64,000 bases of DNA, from NCBI RefSeq assembly GCF_035594765.1, contig NW_026943827.1:1550001-1614000 (forward strand), read 5' to 3'. A model generated the notes under the pieces. The model ran no database searches. It saw nothing but the letters and a program-made list of their open reading frames with translations, and was not told the DNA's origin. The translations under genes were made by a program, and so were the position numbers. Below, piece after piece: positions 1 to 11,806 of the stretch; positions within the stretch are counted from its first letter, which is position 1, and every line of letters starts with the position of its first letter. Origin of the DNA: Anolis carolinensis (taxonomy: Eukaryota).

Positions 1-380
1 ATGCAAATTTCTCAGAACCCTGGGATGCCTGCCTGTGGTGGAAGAAAAAGCAAAATTTAGGATGAAACAATCCCCAAATAAAAGCATTCCTTGGGTGGTG
101 GGCCGTAGTGTTTGGGAAGGACATTGGCAGGGTTTGGGCTACATGTTCATGGCGCTCGCTGTAACCGTAATGTCAGTGCAAAGGAGTGACTTGCTGGCTT
201 CTCAGCAGTGGGAAGTGTGGCCTGTTTGTGGAGGCCGGAGGGAGGCTGTCTGTGTGAGTGGACACCCGTGCCACATCCACACATATACAGGTTTTCACTA
301 TTATTATGGATTTAGATTTAGATTAGATTAGATTTAGACTAAGAAGAAAGATTAGATTTAGATAGATTAGATTTAGATAG
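1..380 (-). mobile_element. Helitron-like non-autonomous element, 5' terminal part (runs off window start)
   Basis: Bases 1-253 align by eye with 63743-64000; ends in ...GTTTTCACTATTATTATGGAT(TTAGA)n, i.e. an A|TC start on the minus strand with an AGAT-type microsatellite. Confidence 0.55.
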
Positions 381-427
381 ATAACAATAATATAAACATA
401 TTAACAGAACAATAATAATAATACAAG

Positions 428-1345
428 TGTTATGAACCGAAAGGGTTCCTGTTCTTTTGATGGATGCAGAGTGTTTAGAGAATCGTGATGGATCAATGAG
501 GCTCAGAGACCAAATTTGGTTTTAACACTTTCATTGTAACATTTATTGATAATCACATCACAATCATATCAAAATCACATCCCGAGAGAGCTCTCACCCA
601 CACGCAGATCCACACATCCATATTCTCACGCACAGGCCCTGCTCGGAAGAGGTGATCACGTTCTCCCGACAGACGTGGTCTCGGCGGTTCCGGAAAGCGT
701 GCTGGATCTTTGAGGCCCCTGCATTTGATAGTCTAAAGCAGGGGTCCCCAAGCGAAGGCCCGTGGGCCAGATGCGGCCCCCAAGGTCATTGACCTGGCCC
801 CTGTCCTAAGCTTTAGACTTGGGGTTGCCCTAAGTCTGAAATGACTTGAAGGCACACAACAACAATCCTAATTTTGGACTATTTCATCATAGTCCAGCCC
901 CCTCAATAGTCTGAAGGACCGTGAACCGGCCCTCCACTTCAAAAGTTTGAGGACCCCTGGCCTAAAGTTTAGTCCTTCTTTCGGTTCCTTCTGTTCTTAC
1001 GGCATGGTTTCAAAACATGCTCAATCTCAGGCAGTCGAAGGGTGAGTTGAAATCCAACTGTTGTTTAACTTTATTTACATAACTATTTACAGTTGCAGTT
1101 ATTTACATTAAGTCCCGGACACATGGCTTGTGTCTCCTCGGCTACAGCGTCCATCTTCAGTGAAAGCTCACGCTGAACACACACTCAGACGACACTCCCC
1201 CTGCATTCCACAGACCATGAAGAAAGTTCCGGTCAAACAAACTTGACCCCATTGGTCCTGTGATACATCAATCAAAGCAGGTTCTTATTAACGCCATAGT
1301 TACGGAAATGCCTTGCCGAAACCAACACAGAAGGCATTTCTAACA
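428..1345 (-). mobile_element. Solo LTR-like element, interrupted by a hAT MITE
   Basis: TGTTA...TAACA inverted termini; AATAAA on minus strand near 542-547; no matching TSD found. Confidence 0.5.
739..959. mobile_element. hAT-family MITE
   Basis: TIRs CAGGGGTCCCCAA / TTGAGGACCCCTG; 8-bp TSD GTCTAAAG / GCCTAAAG. Confidence 0.9.
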
Positions 1346-1358
1346 GCCTAGATTGATT

Positions 1359-2807
1359 TCAACATTTCACACAATTCACAATACCCTGACAATGTGAACG
1401 AAGGCCTGAACTATGAGTGAAGTTCTGTCCACATTCCAGGCATGTATAGGGTTTCTCCCCAGTGTGAATCCTTTGATGTGAACATAGGCCTGAACTATGA
1501 GTGAAGTTATGTCCACACTCCAGGCATATATAGGGTTTCTCCCCAGTGTGAGTCCTTTGATGTGAACGTAGGCCTGAACTATGAGTGAAGTTATGTCCAC
1601 ATTCCAGGCATGTATAGGGTTTCTCCCCAGTGTGAATCCTTTGATGTCTACGTAGGCCTGAACTATGAGTGAAGCTCTGTTCACACTCCAGGCATTTAAA
1701 GGGTTTCTCCCCAGTGTGAGTCCTTTCATGTGAAACTAGATGTCCCCTACGAGCGAAGCTCTGTCCACACTCCAGGCAGTTATAGGGTTTCTCCCCAGTG
1801 TGAGTCCTTTGATGTGAACGTAGACTTGAACTCTGAATGAAGCTCTGTCCACACTCCAGGCATTTATAGGGTTTCTCCCCAGTGTGAGTTCCTTGATGTG
1901 TATGTAAGTTTCCCTTCTGAGTGAAGCTCTGTCCACACTCCAGGCAGTTATAGGGTTTCTCCCCAGTGTGGGTCCTTTGATGGGAACGTAAGTGTCCCTT
2001 CTGAGTGAAGCTCTGTCCACACTCCAGGCAGTTATAGGGTTTCTCCCCAGTGTGAGTTCTTTGATGTGAACGTAGTCCTGAACTACAAACAAAGCTCTGT
2101 CCACACTCCAGGCATTTATATGGTTTCTCCCCGGTGTGAGTCCATTGATGTGAACGTAATCCTGAACTACAAGTATAGCTTTGTCCACACTCCAGGCATT
2201 TATAGGGTTTCTCCCCAGTGTGAGTCCTTTGATGTAAACGTAGTCCTGAACTACGAGTATAGCTCTGTCCACACTCCAGGCATTTATAGGGTTTCTCCCC
2301 AGTGTGAGTTCCTTGATGTGAACGTAGTCCTGAACTACGAGCAAAGCTCTGTCCACACTCCAGGCAGTTATAGGGTTTCTCCCCAGTGTGAGTTCTTTGA
2401 TGTGAACGTAGATTTGAACTAAAAGCAAAGCTCTGTCCACACTCCAGGCAGTTATAGGGTTTCTCCCCAGTGTGAGTCCTTTGATGTGAATCTAAGTGTC
2501 CCTTTTGAGTAAAGCTCTGTCCACACTCCAGGCAGTTATAGGGTTTCTCCCCAGTGTGAGTTCTTTGATGTGAATGTAGACTTCCATTATGAGCAAAGCT
2601 CTGTCCACACTCCGGGCATTTAAAAGGTTTCTCCCCAGTGTGAGTCCTTAGATGTGAATATAGGCCTGAACTATGAGTGAAGCTCTGTTCACACTCCGGG
2701 CATTTAAAAGGTTTCTCCCCAGTGTGAGTCCTTTCATGCAGTAGCAGATGGCTCCTCCAACTGAAGCTCTTTCCACACTCAAGGCATGTATAGGGTTTCT
2801 CCTCCAT
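1359..2807 (-). CDS. ZNF paralog A: tandem C2H2 zinc-finger protein, 16 complete fingers plus 1 truncated
   Basis: CxxC-x12-HxxxH repeats with TGEKPY linkers; ATG of MEEKP at 2807 in gacATGG context; exon acceptor TTCTTGATCAG with exon start at 3015. Confidence 0.88.
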   Translation of the reverse strand: MEEKPYTCLECGKSFSWRSHLLLHERTHTGEKPFKCPECEQSFTHSSGLYSHLRTHTGEKPFKCPECGQSFAHNGSLHSHQRTHTGEKPYNCLECGQSFTQKGHLDSHQRTHTGEKPYNCLECGQSFAFSSNLRSHQRTHTGEKPYNCLECGQSFARSSGLRSHQGTHTGEKPYKCLECGQSYTRSSGLRLHQRTHTGEKPYKCLECGQSYTCSSGLRSHQWTHTGEKPYKCLECGQSFVCSSGLRSHQRTHTGEKPYNCLECGQSFTQKGHLRSHQRTHTGEKPYNCLECGQSFTQKGNLHTHQGTHTGEKPYKCLECGQSFIQSSSLRSHQRTHTGEKPYNCLECGQSFARRGHLVSHERTHTGEKPFKCLECEQSFTHSSGLRRHQRIHTGEKPYTCLECGHNFTHSSGLRSHQRTHTGEKPYICLECGHNFTHSSGLCSHQRIHTGEKPYTCLECGQNFTHSSGLRSHCQGIVNCVKC

Positions 2808-3829
2808 GTCGACAGTTTTGTGATATGCACACGTGAGTGTTCCCTTTTTCTTTCTGATCAAAATTGAGTTCCACAAGATTGGCACCTAGAGAGGATTTCT
2901 TCTTCCCACAGGATTTCTTTCATTATTGCCCTTTGGTTTCCAAATTCCTCAATCTCCACTAGATATTGATATTTTCTTTTTATGCCGGTGGTGACTTCAT
3001 AGGGTCTTCATTTCCCTGATCAAGAAAGAAGAGCAAAAGGTTAAACATGAACCTGCAAACTTCCTTTATTTCCAAGATGATCCTCTTTTCCATTCAGTGC
3101 TCGTGTTGAAAATTGAACTACCCAGAAATGGAGATATGAAGGGTCTCAAGGACACACAGAAACAAGCAAAGGTGATCACAGATTTATGAACTATAAGGGA
3201 TGGATTCAGAAGGAAAGAAGGGAGGGAGGATGAAAATAATGAGTGAATGATGGAAGGAAAGAGGGATGGATGGAAGAAAAAAGGGACCTTCGTACAATAC
3301 TAAAGAACCACATTGGTTTTGTTGGCTTGACCTAAACATGGCTAAAGAAACACAAGGCAGACAGTCAAACAGACCATAGACAGGACGTCATTCACTCTGA
3401 ATAATGGGTTTCCTTGAATTACCAGCATAAGTTTAATCTTAAGAGGCACAATGATCCCTTTCCTGATGATTTCATGAATGTCTAGATTCCCTTTCAGGCC
3501 ACAAGGGATCCCAGGTCCGTCTCCTGTGCATCCCAAATTGGACCTCTGCTGCCACCACATTTCCTACATCTCTCAAAGGAACCCCAAATTCCCAAGGAAT
3601 TTCCTCTGTTGTGGGGAAAGGCTTTTCAGCAGGTGAAGGTGATTGAGAGAAACACGGGTTATGTGTACAAGGTTGTAGGAACGTGTCTGCAGTAATCTAA
3701 GCCATTAAATCCCAACCTAGGTAAGAACGGCACCCACTTTGTCCAGTCCTGTCCTGGAAGATGCCTCACAAATGCCTTACTGAGCATGAGCAATTTACTA
3801 AGTTTATCACGTGCCTTGGCACGTTATAA

Positions 3830-3939
3830 AACCATATTTCACCATACTGAATTAGTTCACCATCATAATACCCACTGCCTGCCTTGCACTTTAGTTGGCT
3901 CAGACCCTATACCTATGCTGTTCATGCACCCTCTGCACT

Positions 3940-3990
<51 letters not shown>

Positions 3991-4150
3991 CTTTATTTAT
4001 ACCCCGCCACCATCTCCCCGTGGGGACTCGCATTTGCACTTTGTATTGTTGGAGGGGGGTGGGGGAGGCTGGAGGGTTATGGGGACTGCCGGGTGGGGGG
4101 AGGGAATGGGTGTGAAAGGATGCCAATCTATAACAGAAAATTAATAATAT
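3830..4150 (+). repeat. Shared G-rich intronic block (copies at about 15915-16190 and, inverted, 36640-36900); possibly a LINE 3' end
   Basis: Near-identical sequence in three places, ending in (TAA)n-like tail, with a long G-run tract. Confidence 0.6.
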
Positions 4151-4224
4151 TATTTTGTAATACAATGTAATACTAATAATACAATATAATAATGTTAATT
4201 ATATACTATATATTACATGTAATA

Positions 4225-4547
4225 CAGTAGAGTCTCACTAATCCAAGCTAAACAGGCCGGCAGAAGCTTGGATAAGCGAATATCTTGGATTATAAGGACT
4301 GATCAAGTGAAAGCCTATTAAACATCAAATTAGGTTATGATTTTACAAATTAAGCACCAAAACTTCATGTTATACAACAAATTTGACAGAAAAAGTAGTT
4401 CAATACGCAGTAATGTTATGTTGTAATTACTGTATTTACGAATTTAGCACCAAAATATCACGATATATTGGAAACATTGACTACAAAAATGGCTTGGATT
4501 ATCCAGAGGCTTGGATAAGCGAGGCTTGGATTAGTGAGACTCTACTG
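4225..4547. mobile_element. Tc1/mariner-superfamily MITE
   Basis: TIR CAGTAGAGTCTCACTAATCCAAGC and its inverse; TA target duplication. Confidence 0.92.
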
Positions 4548-4815
4548 TATTAATAACATTACAATATATTGATATAGTACAATATAGTAGTTTATGGCCA
4601 GTATTGTGCTATGCTAATAATATAATATTGTCTGTGAATTTAATGTGTCAGCCGCTCTGAGTCCCCTTCGGGGCGAGAAAGGAGGGCGGGATATCAATGG
4701 GTCAGAGAAGGAAATACTGAACCTCTTTCCCCCGTGGGAGTGGCGCTGACCCTTGACCCCGCTGCCCAAGGGAGGGGCCAGACTCCGCCCAGAGAAGCCC
4801 CTTGACCACCTGGAA

Positions 4816-6286
4816 CAGGGGTCCCCAAACTTTTTATGCAGAGGGCCAGTCCACAATCCTTCAAACTGTTGAGGGGCCAAATTATCATTTGAAAAAAAAT
4901 ACAAACAAATTCCAATGTACACTACACATGTCTTATTTGTAGTGCAAAAACAACAACAACAAGAACAATTAAATAACAATGAAAGAGCAATACAATGTTT
5001 AAAAATAAAAACAATTTTAACCAACATACATTTCTCAGGATTTCAGTAGGAAGTGTGGGCCTGCTTATGGCCAATGAGATAGTCAAGTTAATTAGGGTTG
5101 TTGTTGTTGTGTGCTTTCAAGTCATTTCAGACTTTGGGTGAGCCTAAGTTTAAAATTTATTTATTTATTTACTATATTTATTTACTACATTTGTATCACA
5201 CCCTTCTCGCCCCAAAGGGGACTCAGAGTGGCTTACAAATTATATGTACATACAATATGCTATATTATTAGCATAGCACACTATTAGTATTATATATTAC
5301 TATATTGAACTATACCACTATTGTAGCGGAACCTTTGTACTACGGTCCTTGCGAGCGCAGTGGGAGGGATTGGAGACGGACAACTGGAGTCTTTCCAAGA
5401 AAACAGTTTATTGGCAAGCGGCCGCTGGGGTTCCCCCTAGCACAACACGGTGCTTTCCCAGGGAGAACCCCCAGCGGTGGGCTGAGTAAATATTTATACA
5501 CATTACAGGGTTCGGGTTATGCCCGCCCACAATCAAATTCATTGGCTTAGAGTTGTGACGCGGCTTGACTTGCATCCAATCAGCGCTGACCAGCGGCCCG
5601 GGCGCACTCTTTCTGTGTCGTGTTCACAATCACTCAGAGCGCCTGCGTGCGCACGCGCAGTTTGTTTATCTTTAGCTTTCATTTCTTCAGAAACACGTGA
5701 TTTCCCAGAAATCACATGTTTCTGTGAGCTTATGCACCCGGGTCGCTAGCTGTCGCCATCTCTGCCCATATAAGGCATTTCCTGGGGTTCTTTAACCTCC
5801 CGCCTCACTATACTGTAATATTATTAGTAATATATAATATATAATTAATACTATTGTATGGTATTATTATTATTAGTGTTGTATTACATTATAATATTAT
5901 TATCAATATTATATGTATATACAATATATTATATTATAAAACTGAGGGCGGGGGCCAGGTCAATGACCTTGGAGGGCCGCATCCGGCCCCCGGGCCTTAG
6001 TTTGGGGACCCCTGCAATATATTATATTATTAGCATAGCACAATATTAGCATTATATATTACTTTATTGAACTATACCACTATACTGTAATATTATTAGT
6101 AATATATAATATATAATTAATACTATTGTATGGTATTATTATTATTAGTGTTGTATTTTATTATAATATTATTATCAATATGATATGTATATACAATATA
6201 TTATATTATAAAACTGAGGGCGGGGGCCAGGTCAATGACCTCGGAGGGCCGCATCCGGCCCCCGGGCCTTAGTTTGGGGACCCCTG
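4816..6286. mobile_element. hAT non-autonomous element with nested solo LTR and duplicated right end
   Basis: TIR CAGGGGTCCCCAAACT at both ends; TSD ACCTGGAA / ACCTGGAG; extra terminus at about 6014. Confidence 0.88.
5322..5807 (-). mobile_element. Solo LTR (486 bp, 4-bp TSD)
   Basis: TG...CA termini, TSD CTAT, TATAAATA (about 5491-5498) and AATAAA (about 5407-5412) on minus strand; empty site visible at about 6072-6090. Confidence 0.85.
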
Positions 6287-6522
6287 ACCTGGAGGGACCG
6301 CAGGGCTCGCTGGGCCTGGGCCTGGGCTCGGGGAGATGGAGTTCGCCTGCAGCCAGAGAGCGCGGGACCCCGCGGAGGGCAGGCCCGGGCCCAACATGGC
6401 CAGCTGGGCCCACCGGCCTCCCTTCAGAAGAACCATCATCACCACAGGAACAGGAACAACAATGGATCTCTATGTCTATCCCTCTCTCCTCCCTCAGGGA
6501 CCCAAAGCGTATTTCTCCACAG

Positions 6523-6572
<50 letters not shown>

Positions 6573-6639
6573 GGCTCCGCCGCGCCCTCCGCCGCCTTCC
6601 TTCCCGCCTCACAAAGACGACGACGACGGAGAGGAAGAG

Positions 6640-6755
6640 ACGCCCGCCATCTTGGCCCTCCTCCTCGGCCTCCTTCCCCGCTCCCATTGGCTGAGCCCGT
6701 GGCGCCCCGCCCATCACAGGCCGCCCATTGGCTGCTCCCCTCCTTTGATGGACGG
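6640..6755 (-). promoter_or_regulatory. CpG-rich promoter module, probable promoter of ZNF A
   Basis: On minus strand: ATCAAAG, CCAAT, GGGCGGGG, CCAAT, then AAGATGGCGG (YY1); paralogous to 25055-25205 and 47815-47955. Confidence 0.72.
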
Positions 6756-6959
6756 GTGGCGAGAAAGAGAGGAAGAGGAGGAGGAGGAGGAGCCCGTCGG
6801 CCATGTTGGGCCTGCCCGTGTCCTCCCAAAACAGGGAACGAGAACTCTCCCGCGCCGAGGCCAGGATTAGCCCTTTGTTTACGTGTTTGCTGGCAGTGTT
6901 TCCGCCCCGCCCTTCCTTCTCGCCCGAAAAGGACTGGAGGGGGGGGGGAATCTCAATGC

Positions 6960-7567
6960 ACCCTTGATGTTATTTTTGTTATTATTACTGACCTTGAGGC
7001 CGGGTGGCCATCTGCCAGGGGTGCTTTTCTTGTGGTGCTCAGAGGCAGAAGAGGGCTGGACTACATGGCCGAAAGGGTCTTTTCCAACCCTTGATATTAT
7101 TTTTATTGTTATTATTACTGACCTTGAGGCTGGGTGGCCATCTGCCAGGGGTGCTTTGCTTGTGGTGCTCAGAGGCAGAAGAGGGCTGGACTAAATGGCC
7201 GAAAGGGTCTTTTCCAACCCTTGATATTATTTTTATTGTTATTATTACTGACCTTGAGGCCAGGTGGCCATCTGCCAGGGGTGCTTTGCTTGTGGTGCTC
7301 AGAGGCAGAAGAGGGCTGGACTACATGGCCGAAAGGGTCTTTTCCAACCCTTGATATTATTTTTATTGTTATTATTAGTAACATTGAGGCCGGGTGGCCA
7401 TCTGCCAGGGGTGCTTTGCTTGTGGTGCTCAAAGGCAGAAGAGGGCTGGACTACATGGCCGAAAGGGTCTTTTCCAACCCTTCATATTATTTTTATTGTT
7501 ATTATTACTGACCTTGAGGCCGGGTGGCCATCTGCCAGGGGTGCTTTGCTTGTGGTGCTCAAAGGCA
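6960..7567 (+). repeat. Tandem array of a 130-bp unit (about 4.6 copies) derived from a CR1 3' end
   Basis: GTGGCCATCTGCCAGGGG recurs at 7004, 7134, 7264, 7394, 7524; resembles the CR1 tail at 61540-61640 (reverse). Confidence 0.9.
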
Positions 7568-7570
7568 ACC

Positions 7571-8625
7571 CACTGCTCAGCTTATAACATCTAGAGGCCT
7601 CCTCCATCTCAGAGCCTCCTCCACTGCTCAGCTTATAACATCTAGAGGCCTCCTCCATCACAGAGCCTCCTCCACTGCTCAGCTTATAACATCTAGAGGC
7701 CTCCTCCATCTCAGAGCCTCCTCCACTGCTCAGCTTATAACATCTAGAGGCCTCCTCCATCTCAGAGCCTCCTCCACTGCTCAGCTTATAACATCTAGAG
7801 GCCTCCTCCATCTCAGAGCCTCCTCCACTGCTCAGCTTATAACATCTAGAGGCCTCCTCCATCTCAGAGCCTCCTCCACTGCTCAGCTTATAACATCTAG
7901 AGGCCTCCTCCATCTCAGAGCCTCCTCCACTGCTCAGCTTATAACATCTAGAGGCCTCCTCCATCTCAGAGCCTCCTCCACGGCTCAGCTTATAACATCT
8001 AGAGGCCTCCTCCATCTCAGAGCCTCCTCCACGGCTCAGCTTATAACATCTAGAGGCCTCCTCCATCTCAGAGCCTCCTCCACTGCTCAGCTTATAACAT
8101 CTAGAGGCCTCCTCCATCTCAGAGCCACCTCCACTGCTCAGCTTATAACATCTAGAGGCCTCCTCCATCTCAGAGCCTCCTCCACTGCTCAGCTTATAAC
8201 ATCTAGTGACCTCCTCCATCTCAGAGCCTCCTCCACTGCTCAGCTTATAACATCTAGGGGTCTCCTCCATCTCAGAGCTTCCTCCACTGTTCAGCTTATA
8301 ACATCTAGAGGCCTCCTCCATCTCAGAGCTTCCTCCACTGCTCAGCTTATAACATCTAGTGACCTCCTCCATCTCAGAGCCTCCTCCACTGCTCAGCTTA
8401 TAACATCTAGGGGTCTCCTCCATCTCAGAGCCTCCTCCACTGCTCAGTTTATAACATCTAGAGGCCTCCTCCATCTCAGAGCCTCCTCCACTGCTCAGCT
8501 TATAACATCTAGTGGCCTCCTCCATCTCAGAGCTTATAACACCTAGAGGCCTCCTCCATCTCAGAGCTTATAACACCTAGAGGCCTCCTTCATCACAGAG
8601 CCTTCTCCATCCAGAGGCCTCCTCC
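7571..8625 (+). repeat. 51-bp minisatellite, about 19 copies plus degenerate tail
   Basis: Unit CCACTGCTCAGCTTATAACATCTAGAGGCCTCCTCCATCTCAGAGCCTCCT. Confidence 0.97.
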
Positions 8626-8714
8626 ATCGCCCGGCTTGCTCTGTTTAAAGGCCTCCACCATTGATGGGTGTCCACCTTCACTGAACCTACACCATGTCTG
8701 AGTCTCCACCAACT

Positions 8715-9425
8715 CCCACTGGAGCATCGAAGCACATCAACATACATGGGAGTCACTCTAGACCGTGCCCTGACTTACAAGAAGCACTGCTTGAATATCA
8801 AGCAAAAAGTGGTGCTGGAAAGAATATCATATGAAAGCTGACTGACACAACCTGGGGATCACAACGAGACACAGTGAAGACCTCGGCCCTTGCACTCTGC
8901 TACTCTGCTCCTGAGTACGCGTGCCCAGTGTGGAACACATCTCACCGTACTAAAACAGGGGATGTGGCCCTTGGTGAGACATGCCGCATTATCACAGGAT
9001 ATCTACTCCGACACCACTGGAGAAGTTATACTGTTTAGCCGGTACAGCACCACTTGACATCTGTCGGGAAGTAGCAGCCAGCAATGAAAGGACCGAGGCA
9101 GTGACATCTCTGGCCCATCCTCTGTTCGGATATCAGTCAGTACACCAACACTTTAAATCAAGAAAGAGCTTTCTAAAATCTACAGAGATTCTCACAGGAA
9201 CACCTCATCAAGCGAGAATCCAAAAGTGGCAGGGCAGAACCCATAACCTCAGTCCAGATACCAGATGAGGGACTCCCTCCTGGGCACGTAGAAGACGCTG
9301 AACAGATTGCGTTCTGGCACCACGAGATCCAGAGCTGATCTTAAGAAATGGGGCTAGGAAGTGGAGTCCGCGACATGCGAGTGTGGAGAAGAGCCAACCA
9401 CAGACCCCTTACTACAATGCAGCCA
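8715..9425 (+). mobile_element. Non-LTR retrotransposon 3' fragment (Vingi/Ingi-like), decayed; tail resumes at about 10251-10330
   Basis: Translates to YMGVTLDRALTYKKHCLNIKQK...TVKTSALALCYSAPEYACPVWNT...CECGEEPTTDPLLQC with frameshifts. Confidence 0.7.
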
Positions 9426-9718
9426 CAAGCACATTGGGGGGTGCAAGGCTCACTTCCAAAAAAGGCACAAGAGTGGCTTCTCAAACAGGCAGGGGGAAAT
9501 CTCTCTTTCAAGATCCCAACCACTGCCACCATTAAATGTGGGACACCCTGCCCACAGCTCTTTCCATTTAGGCCAAGGGAATCTTCCTCTTAATATCCCA
9601 CGCCTTTTCAAGATGGGATCTCTCCAATCCCACTATGGCAGGGGGCCATCCTTCTTTCAGGATCCCAGCCACTGCCAGCTAGAAACCCTTGAGTCTGTGC
9701 TGTGCGTGTATGAGAGGA

Positions 9719-10250
9719 TGTGACACGGAGGGGAAGGATGAGAGACAAATCTTCCGCTGACTCTAAGTAGAGCAATTCACCACTCAGGAGCACTGTCTTT
9801 ATTACAAAGAAAGAATTAGTTATTGATGGTTTCTTTAGTCCAAAAAGCGTAACTGCTTGCAAAGGTTTACTTCTTCCGTTTCATTTGTACATGATATAGA
9901 TAATATCTTTCATTCTGTAACATCAACCACTTGACTGGAACTTTGTCTCAACAGTATTCCTTTTCCTCAGCTCTATCTCACTGGAAACTTAAACCTAACT
10001 GACTTCAGACATCTTCTTTCAAGCTCACCGGCTAGAGAACTTCACTAACTCACTCTTTTTAAAACATTCCCTCCTTTTTCATCCAGCTAGCTCCGCCCCT
10101 TTCGTGCTAGCTTCGAAATAGTTGCATTTCTACGTTACCATGGTGACACATAGCCAATCAGCAGTAGCCAACTCCTGCCCACCTTGACCACTGAATCAAC
10201 ATTACATAACATAGACAAAAATCCCCAATAAAATAGGGCTTTCCGTTACA
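9719..10250 (-). mobile_element. Solo LTR-like element
   Basis: TGTGAC...GTTACA termini, possible TSD GAGGA / GGGGA, minus-strand AATAAA near 9798. Confidence 0.5.
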
Positions 10251-10344
10251 GGGGACCTTCTCACAGCGACACCAGAGGCACTCCAAGCGGCCAGCTTCTA
10301 GTCAAAGGAAATCTAGTATCATGCCAAGTTTTAACTTTGTGTTA

Positions 10345-10563
10345 TTTTTTTTTTCCGTGTCAGGAGCAGCTTGAGTCGCTTCTGGGGAGAGTGCGGATGA
10401 GCTCCCTCTATCAGCTCCAGCTCCATGCGGGGAAATGAGAGAAGCCTCCCACAAGGATGGTGAAACGTCAAAACATCCGGGCAACGTCCCCTGGGCAATG
10501 TCCTTGCAGACGGCCAAGTCTCTCACTCCAGAAGCAACTCGGTTTGCTCCTGACACGAAAAAA
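10345..10563 (+). mobile_element. SINE 3' part (tail GCTCCTGACACG(A)n) with an inverted second tail at its left end
   Basis: Body matches copies at 30026-30287 and 48216-48449. Confidence 0.75.
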
Positions 10564-10920
10564 CAAAAACTTTGTGTTATTAAAATACATTATAACTGTA
10601 CTCTCAATTAGTTTCTGACATGATAGATCAAATAAAATCACTGGGCTTCCACCGTTACTGAGGCTCCACCAACTCAGATGCTCCACCATCCTGTGCTTTC
10701 CAAATTTTATCTTCTATTTTTAAAAGTTATTAACTTAAAATCTGCATGAACCAAATCTTCTAACCTTCCCATTTGTGTGAACATGTTTGTACGATTTCCC
10801 AGCAAAGCAACCAGACTTGGTCTCTGAAGGGCCTCCTTGATCTAACAGACCTCACTCTTCCCTGAACACTCGGCATCCAAAGAACACGAACCCTTTGGGC
10901 TCCGAACAAAACAAGCTGAC

Positions 10921-11806
10921 TGGAAAGGCGCGCGTGTGTGACAGGGAGGAATCCCTTCTGATCCCACCGCTGCCACCAATTTGGAAAGGCGCGCGTGCGT
11001 GACAGGGAGGAATCCCTTTTGAATCCCACCACTGCCACCAATTGAAGGGACGCGCGAGTGTGACAGTGAGGGATGGAGGATGTGTGAATGTATGACAGGG
11101 AGGAATCCTTTTATTCTCACCCTTGCCCCCAGTTATGAACAACCTTTCAAGTATGGAGGGAAGATATGTTGGGAGTATATATATATCAGGAGGGTTTAGT
11201 GGATAAGGAAGGATAACAGAACTGATGGATTTAAATGAGTAGATATGGCAACTTATATAGAAAAGTACGGTAACTTATATAGATAGGTATGGTAACTGCC
11301 ACCAACATGAGGTAATGGTTTTCCTTCAGGCTTACAGAGAGGCAAGGAGACTGATCTTTATGAACAACAAAATTCAAGTTTATTTGTACATAAGCGTGTG
11401 GTTTCAATCAGTAAATGTTCCGGATCTTAAGTTACAATGTAGTCTTGCTTGAATGGATAGATCTTAAATAACTTCTCTTGAACCAGTAAATAAAACACCC
11501 GGTCAACTTATATCACCAGCCTTTCCCCTGAGTGAACAATAAGCTGACGTCCTTAGCTGATTCCCACAGCTCCTAATCTTCTCAAAACCTAACAGCAACA
11601 CCCCTTTTTAAAAAGGTCTATGCTCTAACTGCCAACTAAGCCACGCCCCCTTCTTCTCCAAAGAGAGGCTGCATTACCATGGCAACCTGCCAAACACTGT
11701 TTCCATGTTAGGCCTTTTCCTTGCTAATATATAACTCCTTCTTTTTTCTTTAACAAACAAATAAAATCATATCAATAATCTCTGTTTAACTCCTAACATC
11801 CTTACA
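10921..11806 (-). mobile_element. Solo LTR (886 bp) with internal tandem units of about 61 bp
   Basis: TG...CA termini, 5-bp TSD CTGAC at 10916-10920 and 11807-11811; paralogous empty site at about 42120-42145. Confidence 0.8.

Noticed and set aside
1-10. Octamer plus ZNF143-type motifs suggesting an snRNA promoter
   Set aside because: No PSE or snRNA coding sequence recognised; the motif lies inside a dispersed repeat
3786-4170. Poly-N/I/L ORFs (also near 16034, 18792, 36552)
   Set aside because: Translations of (AAT)n microsatellites
7482-8546. ORFs of about 340 aa on both strands
   Set aside because: Artefact of a 51-bp (17-codon) minisatellite with no stop in those frames
7571-8625. 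CRISPR-like array
   Set aside because: Units are contiguous with no unique spacers, there are no cas genes, and the DNA is vertebrate
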